DNA of 64,000 nucleotides from Paraspadella gotoi (Eukaryota > Animalia > Chaetognatha). The notes beneath the pieces were generated by a model. It searched no databases. It saw only the letters and a list, made by a program, of their open reading frames with translations, and was not told the origin of the DNA. This document shows, piece by piece, positions 50,647-64,000 of this stretch. The DNA lies in assembly GCA_051294375.1 (NCBI GenBank), contig JBJCIZ010000744.1, forward strand, positions 500,264-564,263, written 5' to 3'. Made by a program: the position numbers and the translations under genes. The number at the start of each line of letters is the position of its first letter. The first letter of the stretch is position 1.

Positions 50647-51593
50647 TTAAATGCTTTTTTTGGGGGGGAGGGGGGGCGGGAAAACGATAACTAATTATAG
50701 TATATAGAAACCCATAATTCGCCATTCGAACAACATCCGTAAACTGTTTTCTTCATATTAGGATTCAATGAGCCATACTATTCCGATGAAGGAAAGTCTT
50801 TTTCTAGCAATGACAGAAGCTGGTACAAACATTGACCATAACTTATAAGCTTCTCCCCCCCTCTTCGCAATTTACCATGGGGGACTGCCAGAGCGTTCTC
50901 GGCAGGTGGGAGTTTCATTCGTTGACGACATTTCCGAGGGGAGAGGGGGGGGGTTCACATCTCCAAATGAAGAGAGGGGGACCTTACAGCTCTCAAGAGT
51001 GGAGGGCGACACTCGATCAGCCCTCTAGTCCATTCATTACGGGGATAAATTGAGAGATGATTTATAGTCCCGTCACGAGAGTAAAATGCTTTACAGTTTT
51101 TTTCAATTCATTTTTTTTCGAAGCGGAAAAAAATATTATTCTCCATCTGTAAAAAAATTAAATTAAGAGAATCGAACAAGAAATTTCTGTGGTTTTTTTT
51201 TTTTTTTTTTTGCAGGGGGGATAGGGGGGCAGAGGGCGGGGGTTGGGTGAGAAGAAAAGAGAAAAGACTCGCGGTCCAAGTAAGGAGGAAAAAAAAAAAC
51301 AAGTCACCAAAAACAAAAATGGGAAATAAGAAATACCGAGGGTGCAGTTCGCACTGTCGGTCGGGGGGGGGGAACGTTAAGTTATTAGATCGTAATTGAT
51401 ACTACAATATAAGCAACGACTAATTATTACTCGAATCGAATGTTAATCAGAAACAAACGCGGCTTCGGTAACTATCCGTCATTCTCCGTCATCACTTCAA
51501 GAAAACGTACCGACGCGCCCGAAAGAGGACGCGACGGAAAATAAAACAAAAGAGTTGGGTTGTAGCGGCGCCTCCTGCGTGTGGCGCCATCTT

Positions 51594-55879
<4,286 letters not shown>

Positions 55880-56402
55880 CTCTCGCTCTCTCTCTAACTC
55901 AGGGCGACCGTTTCCGAATTACATACTCAAAATGGCACTCTTCTGGCCACGGATGGCCACGCCCCCCCACCGAGCGTTAATGAATCTCGGACGATGCTTC
56001 AGCGCATGATGAACAAATTTCTTAGACGTCGAAACGGTTGACAATCATGGGTTCTTGGCGTTCCGAGTTCATATTCATTTTTGTTTTCACGTCTGCTTTT
56101 TTTTTCAAAAATCAAATTGGAAAAATTTAAGCAAAAACAACTCAAAAGTAAAACTGGAAAATTTGGTGGACGTTGCCACTTTACATTTGAAACTAAATAC
56201 AATACTTCAATGTCATTTATGTTTCAGACATCTCGGAAATCGAGAAGGATCCGTTAAACGAAGAGAAAAAACAAAACACCAAAATACAAGCTAATCTAAT
56301 TTGGAATGTTGCTGCGGTAGAAATGGAAAGAGAAAGATGGCACAATAAGAGGGGGGGGGAGATTGTGCCGTGGGGGCAAGGAGGGGGGGAGAGAGAGACG
56401 GA

Positions 56403-59400
56403 TCAAATGAAAATCTGGTCGCTGGCGAGCGAGTCCATGAAGGGTTTAACGAGTCCGCTGGTGGCGAAGTTAAAGACAAGACCGAAGGCGATAGAAATGG
56501 GCAGGGCGGGCAGGGCCTTCTTGAAGATGGCCAGAAGGAGCAGGGTGAAACTGAGGCCGATGAGGATGGCGATGAAGCAGGCCAGCGTCGTGTTCCAGTC
56601 GCCGTTGGCTGAGGCTTTGCCAACCAAGACGCTGGGGGGGGGGGCGAAAATCGTGTGTCGAAAAGGGTTAGTGAATCATGCTGGTAAAGATGAAGTCAGG
56701 ATTAATTAATTATTATTTTCACCTGTAAAAAATAAAGTCGCCCAATCCTAGCTTGACGCCTTGCACCTCATCTTCCTCCATCTCTGCGTCTTCACGATCG
56801 GGACGAACGATGACGACTCGGGGAGCGTCTGGAAACAAGTTGGAATTTTAAATGTCGAAGAATCGCGAATAAAAAGAAGAAGAAAATCAAGTGTTAAACC
56901 TGAAGAAACGGGGCCGTCGATGGAGCGACCCGGATTTTCTCTTGGAATCAGGGGACGATTTCTGTCGAAAACAATTTTTTTTTTGGTTGAAATCTAAACA
57001 ACGTCAGTCTCTTCATTCTAAAATAGTAAGTAATAATAATAATAATAGTAAGTAATAATAATAATTTTCAAATGTGTTGAATCTAAATTGAAACCAACTT
57101 ATCTCATCTGTATGCCGTATTAAGGTGACCCTCCTGACGACAAATACTACTCATCATTTGAAAAAAAAAACAAAACAAAACAACACACAACAAAAGACCA
57201 AACAAAACAATATCCCAAATTCACCTCGCATCTCCGCCGTCCTGCTGCTGATCCCGCCACTGCGTCGTGAATCCCGCCGCCTCGTCGGGATCTTGACTCA
57301 CCGTCGTCACGTTCGTCGCCGACGACGAAGACGACGACGAAGCCCCGGTGCTGAATGGAAACGTTTTGGCTTTAGAATTATGACTGAATCATAACGGATT
57401 CCACGTTTGATCAAAGGAAAGTCTTTTTTAAAGAAAATCTAATCACTAATCCCCTAAATCCCCCACACCTTTGAGAATTGGGCCTCGGCGCCTCTTCAGT
57501 CCCTCCATCGCCGCCGCCGCCTGCCGACCGCGTCCGACGGCTGACGACGGGCTCGTCGACGGTGTACACCACCGTCGAGGAGTAGATGAGGGAAGGAAAG
57601 ATGGTCTCGTTCCGCTCATGAGCGATCTCCACCAACATACGTAGCGGACCCTTGGGACAGAGGACGGCGATGAGATCCCAGACGGAGATGACGGCCAGGA
57701 GGACCCAGGCCGTCCAGTCGGGCAGGTACTTGATGAAGATGAGGGCCATCAGGGCCGCGGTCACGATCAGATAGGCCTGGGAGGGTTTAAGAGGCAAATG
57801 GGAAGAGACCTTTAATAAGTGGGAAGAGACCTTTCAATCTCAAAACAAACCTCGTACGCGGTTTTAAAAGATCGTTTATCGAACTCGAAAAGATTCTTAC
57901 CGCGTTCCGAAATCGTTTTTTTTCGTGTTTTTTTTTTTCTTTTTGGTCCGCATCAACGAATCCGTTCAAACGAACAGATTTCCAAACATGAAAAATAACT
58001 TACTGGAGTTTCAACTTCAACAAATTCATGTGTTTTTTTTTTTGAATATCTTTTCAAGGTTTGTATTTTAGGAATATGTTAAAATGACAACGTTGATTGA
58101 CAAAAAAATTACCTTTAATTAAAATTATCATTTTTTAAGATATAAAGTATTTGCAGTTGGTAATATTGGGATTTGAGAGTGACCCGACTTGTTACTAACT
58201 CATCACTCGTCAACCGACAAGACTTTATTAACTAATTTTTTTGCGCTTTCATTGTTTAATCAGGGTTCTTGACTAAATTATATTAGTGAACTGGATATCA
58301 AAAAACAAGTTTGCAGAACAATGTCGGTACGATAATTACAGCGGGTTAAATCACTAATCAGCATGATAAATCACAATTTTTAAAAATCTTTTCAACTCGC
58401 ATCATTTTTTTCACTCACATCATTTTTTTCAACTCATATCATTTTTTCAATTTGCATTCATTTTTTAAATATTACGATCATTTTTCAACTTGCTATCATT
58501 TTTTTAACTTGCATCTTTTTCTTAACTTGCAGATCCCGACATTGTTGCTCAAACTGTGTTTAAAAAGATTTTAAAAGAAAGTATAATTCTGGTTTCACGT
58601 TGTCCATTTTCTCCTTGGGTTTGCAGCCTCATCATGCGCATCCTCGGACTCGTCACAACTTCCAGTCTCGCGGAGTTCCTTTGCTTCAACGCTCTCTTTT
58701 TCATCGGCCCATCGCCCTCAGAGATTGTCCTTCTTCGCGTAGGGATTCAGGCCACCTCTCATTTCGTTCACTGTCAAGTAAGGACGCGGCGACCCTGGCT
58801 CGCTCTTTGTTTGGATTTGGTTGTGCCGCTGCACGGTTTTTCTCTTCGGCACTCCTAAAGAACGCCAGCCTTTTGCCAGATCTTCCTTTGGCAGCGCGTC
58901 GTCTCTGCCGCTTCTCGGTTTACTTTTATATTTGACATTTAAAATTGATTGCAAAAATCGATTTTTTTCATGTATAATTTGATTCTTTTTTCACTTAATT
59001 ATTTCGTCTACTTAATTCGTAGTTGTGGCTAAAAATTCGATGATACAAATGCTAGATAATTATAATGTTTTTTGCCAGAATTACCATAGTAACTAAAATA
59101 AATTAATGTTTAACCCATAGGCAATTAGCGACTTACAAAGCAAAAGCGAGTGAACCATTTAAATACTATGTTGCCAATTTTGAATTGCTATAAATATTCT
59201 TTTAAAATTATTCCACTTTCACTTGAAGAGAAGCCAGCGTTACTCTGGGAGCTGTGATAAACGAGCACTGTGAGTGAGTCTTTATTGAAAGCTTGCAGGA
59301 CCTGCTGTATTAAGTCTTGTAAGAGTTGATGCGAGGCCTTTAAACCACCAAAGACCATTGTCCAAAGTAGCGGGCAAGATTAGCCTGATTAAATTATAAT

Positions 59401-60570
59401 ATGAATGGATAATTTTTATATTGTCTGTACCAATTTCATATACATTTTTTTTTTTTTTAAAAATATTTCTCATTATTAAAAATTATAATGAATTATAAGA
59501 TCGAAAACTTTTAACAAAAAACGAAAATCGATTTTAAAAATTTTTAAATTTTTTTATATCTCGGATCGGAATTCCCGGGTAACGAATAAAAACTTCTGTT
59601 AAGCGAAAAATCATTTATTTATTAGCGATTTTAAAAAACGTACGAGTTGTTCGAGATGAATAAGTGGAAGAGATCTTTAATAAGTGGAAAGCAAGACCTT
59701 TAATAGTGGGAAGAGACCTTTAATAAGTGAAGAGACCTTTAATAAGTGGGAAGAGACCTTTAATAAGTGGGAAGAGACCTTTAATAAGTGGAAGAGACCT
59801 TTAATAAGTGGGGAAGAACCTTTAATAAGTGGGAAGAGACCTTTAATAAGTGTGAAGAGACCTTTAATAATCTATTTATTCGTTTTTTTAGTAGCCCTTA
59901 ACTAATATCTAAATTAATAAGTAAAATAAAACCTGATTTAGCAACAAAGGGCCTTTCCAGTAGATGCAAATCATTCCGACGCAACCGAAATTCCAGATGA
60001 CGAAGACGGCGGTGAAGTAGTCGAGGGTAACGTTGTAGGCCTTGACCACTTCGCTATCAAGGTAAGATTAAGACTCATTACAAATTTGTTTGGTTGCTAG
60101 GAATATGAAAACAACAACCACCTAGAAAAACCACCAGCCAAACGATACAAACAAAAACTAAGAAAACAACCAATTTGGAAGACGATCAATGAATCAAACG
60201 GCTAAAAAAATCAAGAAATCTACCAAGAAAATGAGTGATCAATATAACAAATAAAATGCCGAACAAATTACTCAACAACCAACCAAAAACTAAAACAATT
60301 GGATCTACAATCAAGAAAATACAAACAACCAATCATGAGCCATGAATCCAAACCTCAGGTAAAAATAGGAGAAGAGAAAGAGCATCATGAGAGAGGCGAG
60401 GATGAGCCAGCCGTGGATGAGCTTGTAGCAGCCCCATTTGTAGAGGAAAACGAGCAGCACCGTCATGACGACGATGACGGAGATCATGATCATCGCGTTG
60501 ATGAAGGCGTAACCCACTTTGGCGGCGCTCGATCCCGCGCTCTCTTCCCGCATGGGCGTGTAGAGTCTGA
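56403..60570 (-). CDS. PSEN: Presenilin (5' part truncated by the gap)
   Basis: [71 protein letters not shown]|[17 protein letters not shown]; both catalytic Asp residues are present. Confidence 0.95.
57837..59657. mobile_element. ~1.8-kb insertion with imperfect terminal inverted repeats splitting an intronic minisatellite of presenilin
   Basis: Left end atctcaaaacaaacctcgtacg and right end cgtacgagttgttcgagat are inverted; the insertion is absent from the duplicate intron (62790-63100). Confidence 0.7.
59659..59870. repeat. 20-21-bp minisatellite gggaagagacctttaataagt (also 57800-57835 and 62790-63100)
   Basis: Tandem copies without unique spacers. Confidence 0.95.
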
Positions 60571-60640
60571 GATGAGAGGGGAGGGGGCAAAGGAAGTTGG
60601 AGTCAAAGTATTAATTATTTTATTATTTTTTTAAAAATTT

Positions 60641-60665
60641 NNNNNNNNNNNNNNNNNNNNNNNNN
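60641..60665. other. Assembly gap (N run)
   Basis: 25 n characters. Confidence 1.
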
Positions 60666-60789
60666 TTATCGTTCGATCGATCGGTAGACGTGTTTGTGGC
60701 CATCTCATTCATTCATTCATTCATTATCTTATTCACCTCATTCCCTTCTTCCCCTCATCGACTCCCCCCCCCCCCCCATCTTGCACTCC

Positions 60790-60995
60790 ACCAAGCCCGT
60801 CTCCGCCCGTTCGCCCGATTCCCGCCCAAGGAGTCCGTCGAGGAAGACCGACGATGAAGAGACTCTTAAGTACGGAGCAGCTCACGCACGTCATCCAGAT
60901 ACTTCATCCCCGTCAACCATCTGCATGTTGGTCGTCATCGGTCAACCATCAACTCCATCTCCTTCTACACGGAGAAGGGGGGTTGGTCAACTGTG
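60790..60995 (+). pseudogene. PSEN: Error-rich, inverted presenilin 5' exon (TM1)
   Basis: DDEETLKYGA.HVIQI..P.TICML.VI read across frameshifts on the plus strand. Confidence 0.65.
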
Positions 60996-62249
60996 AGTAT
61001 GGCGGGCCTGGGGCAGACGTCGATATTTCTCCATAAAAGGGGGTGGTCAACTGTGAGTATGGGGCCTGTCGTATTTCTCATAAAAGGGGTGGTCAATGTA
61101 TGGTGGCCTGGGCCCGTCGATATTTCTCATCAGCAAGTCAAATGTACAATTTTTAATCGTCGCAATCGCTTTGCGTTTGCGACGATCTAGTAACTCTTTT
61201 GGGCATAAGTGGCGTAGGCGTCGTCGTCATCGTCGTTGTCGTCGTCGGCGTTCGAAATTATAGATCGCCTTTTTGGATGATTAAATTTGGGTGAATGAAG
61301 CTGAAAATTTATAAACAATATGTGTTTTTGTGTTTAGTTCGTTTATCAAACAAATAAATATCCTCTATTTTATTTTCATATCTCTTTCTATCTCTCTTTT
61401 CTCGTTTAATTATATGTAGGCTCTCTCTCTTTTCCCCAGTGTTTTATTCATCTTTCTTTTTCCTCCTTTTTCTCCTGCTGCTTCTGCCTTTTGAGTCTGC
61501 AGCTGGCTCTGCAGGGCTCTCTTTTTCTCCTCTTTTCTCCTGCTGCTTCTGCTGCTGCCTTTTGATTTCTTTTTTTCCTCTCTCCTCTCTTCTGCGTTTT
61601 TATTAAATAAAAAAATTGAATTAGGATTGAACTTGTAAAATTAGGCATCGCATTCGTGCATGTTATTTATTTTTGCCTATCGCACCATTCGTGTTTTTTA
61701 ATTTCGTTTTTTTTTTCTCAGGGGCTGCGTCTGCTGATCAGTTTATTTGACAATGACAATCGACAATACACAAAAAAAAAACTTTCATTTTTTTTTCAAG
61801 AACTGTAACTTTTATTTTTCCTCAGTACTTTATTATTTTTTTTAATTGACAATCGCAAAATATTAATTTTTTTTCTGTTATAAATTAATTTTTTTTCCTC
61901 AGATTTTATTTTTTTTAGTATCAAAAATTGGTCGTCAATCCAGGTTTTTCTTATGCGATTGCGACGATCCTTACGCTTTTAAGATTTTTTTTCTAAGGAG
62001 GTGTGTTTATGAACGCTGGGCTCGGGCATGTCCCATCGGTTCGATTTAATGTTTTATTGCTATCATGTGTTTTCAAACCGTTGTTTGTGCCCGGTCAAGA
62101 ATGTCTGCACTTCTGAGCTATGAAGTTAAAATCTGAAACATTAAATCGAACCGATGGGACATGCCCGAGCCCAGGACATGCCCGAGGACATGCCCGAGGA
62201 CATGCCCGAGCCCAGGACATGCCCGAGCCCAGGACAAAAGGAGGAGATG

Positions 62250-63830
62250 CCACTCGCGTCGGTGATCCGGCCGCCTCGTCGGATCTTGCTCACCGATCGT
62301 CACGTTCGGTTCGGCCGCGCGAGACGACGACGGAGCCCCCGGTGCTGAATTGGAAAACGTTTTATGGCTTTATGAATTATGACGTGAAATCATACATAGG
62401 ATTCCCACGTTTGATAGGAAGTCTTTTTTTTTTAGAGAATCATTCTAACCCTTAATCCCAATCCTCCCCTTTGGAATTGGGGCTCGGCGCCTCTTCAGTC
62501 CCTATCGCCGACGCCGGCCAGCCTGCCGACACAGCGCGTCCGACGGCTGACGACGGCTCGTCGACGGGTACCGATCCGAGGAGTAAAGTGAGGAGGAAAG
62601 GTTGGTCTCGGGTTCCGCTCATCGGGATCTCCACCACATACGTAGCGGCCTTGGGACAGAGGACGGCGATAGGATTCCAGAGAATGACGGCCGGGACCCG
62701 GGTCCAGTCGGAGCAGAGTACTTAATTTGGATGAGGGCCATCAGGGCTCGGTCACGATTCAGATAGGCACTGGGAGGTTTAAGAGGGCAAATGGGAAGAC
62801 ATAAGTGAGGAGAGCTTTAATATAAGTGGTGGAGAATTTTGGGAGACTTTATAGTGGAAGAGCTTTAATAAGTGGAAGAGATCTTTAATAAGTGGAAGAG
62901 ACCTTTAATAAGTGGGAAGAGACCTTTAATAAGTGGAAGAGACCTTTAATAAGTGGAAGAGACCTTTAATAAGTGGAAGAGACCTTTAATAAGTGGGAAG
63001 AGGACCTTTAATAAGTGGGAAGAGACCTTTAATAAGTGGGAAGAGACCTTTAATAAGTGGGAAGAGACCTTTAATAAGTGCGGAAGAGACCTTTAATAAT
63101 CTATTTATTCGTTTTTTTAGTAGCCCTTAACTAATATCTAAATTATAAGTAAAATAAAACCTGATTTAGCAACAAAGGGCCTTTCCAGTAGATGCAAAAT
63201 CATTCCCGACGCAACCGAAATTCCAGATGACGAAAGACGGCGGTGAAGTAGTCGAGGGTAACGTTAGTAAGCCTTGACCACTTCGCTATCAAGGTAAGAT
63301 TAAGACTCATTACAAATTTGTTTGGTTGCTAGGAATATGAAAACAACAACCACGCTAGAAAAACCACCAGCCAAACGATACAAACAAAAACTAAGAAAAC
63401 AAAACCAATTTGGAAGACGATCAATGAAATCAAAGGCTAAAAAAAATCAAGAAATCTACCAAGAAAATTGACGTTGATCAATATAACAAATAAATGCCGA
63501 ACAAATTACTCAACAACCAACCAAAAACTAAAACAATTGGATCTACAATCAAGAAAATACAAACAACCAATCATGAGCATGAATCCAAACCTCAGGTAAA
63601 AATAGGAGAAGAGAAAAGAGCATCATGAGAGAGGCGAGGATGAGCCAGCCGCTGGATGAGACTTGTAGCAGCCCGCATTTGTAGAGGAAAACGAGCAGCA
63701 CCGTCATGACGACGATGACGGAGATCATGATCATCGCGTTGATGAGAAGGCGTAACCCACTTTGGCGGCGCTCGATCCCGCGCTCTCTTCCCGCATGGGC
63801 GTGTAGAGTCTGAGATGAGAGGGAGGGGCA
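62250..63830 (-). pseudogene. PSEN: Indel-rich duplicate of presenilin exons (probable haplotype or raw-read copy)
   Basis: Collinear with 57280-57835 plus 59660-60640, with many 1-nt indels. Confidence 0.8.
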
Positions 63831-64000
63831 AAGGAAAGTTGGAGTCAAAGTATTAATTATTTTATTATTTTTTTAAAAATTTCAGATTTTAACTTCATAG
63901 CTCAGAAGTGCAGACATTTCTTGACCGGGCACAAACAACGGTTTGAAAACACAATGATAGCAATAAAACATTAAATCGAACCGATGGGACATGCCCGAGC

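Noticed and set aside
57670-57690. Presenilin WD instead of YD as a catalytic defect
   Set aside because: The Asp is retained and WD is a known invertebrate variant.
59659-59870. Regular 20-bp repeats as a CRISPR array (likewise 40231-40475)
   Set aside because: Head-to-tail tandem units with no unique spacers, in eukaryotic introns, with no cas genes.

Overview
Gene-dense invertebrate (metazoan) nuclear DNA with GC/CpG-rich exons, short AT-rich introns and two assembly gaps (8538-8562, 60641-60665). Eight spliced genes are co-oriented on the minus strand: presenilin, BCAS3, GNB5, a MADS-like/FLYWCH-type protein, PRKDC (DNA-PKcs), GPI, SMN and RPUSD4-like. PRKDC introns hold an intronless DnaJ gene and a probable antisense orphan gene. 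Both window ends carry error-rich duplicate (haplotype/chimeric) copies, one with a DIRS-type tyrosine-recombinase retrotransposon. Main discovery: three diverged 207-254 bp intronic elements (11423-11629, 35762-35998, 41786-42039) with TG...CA-type ends and 4-bp target-site duplications. Each contains a circularly permuted twister-ribozyme-like fold with compensatory changes in both pseudoknots, and two carry a tRNA-like Pol III head directly upstream. This suggests a family of tRNA/twister solo-LTR 'retrozyme-like' elements. Also notable: a palindrome resembling a trapped LTR reverse-transcription intermediate (LTR-PBS joined to a tRNA-Gly-CCA copy), and signs of operon-like organisation with trans-splicing. 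All calls were made by eye; no searches were run.
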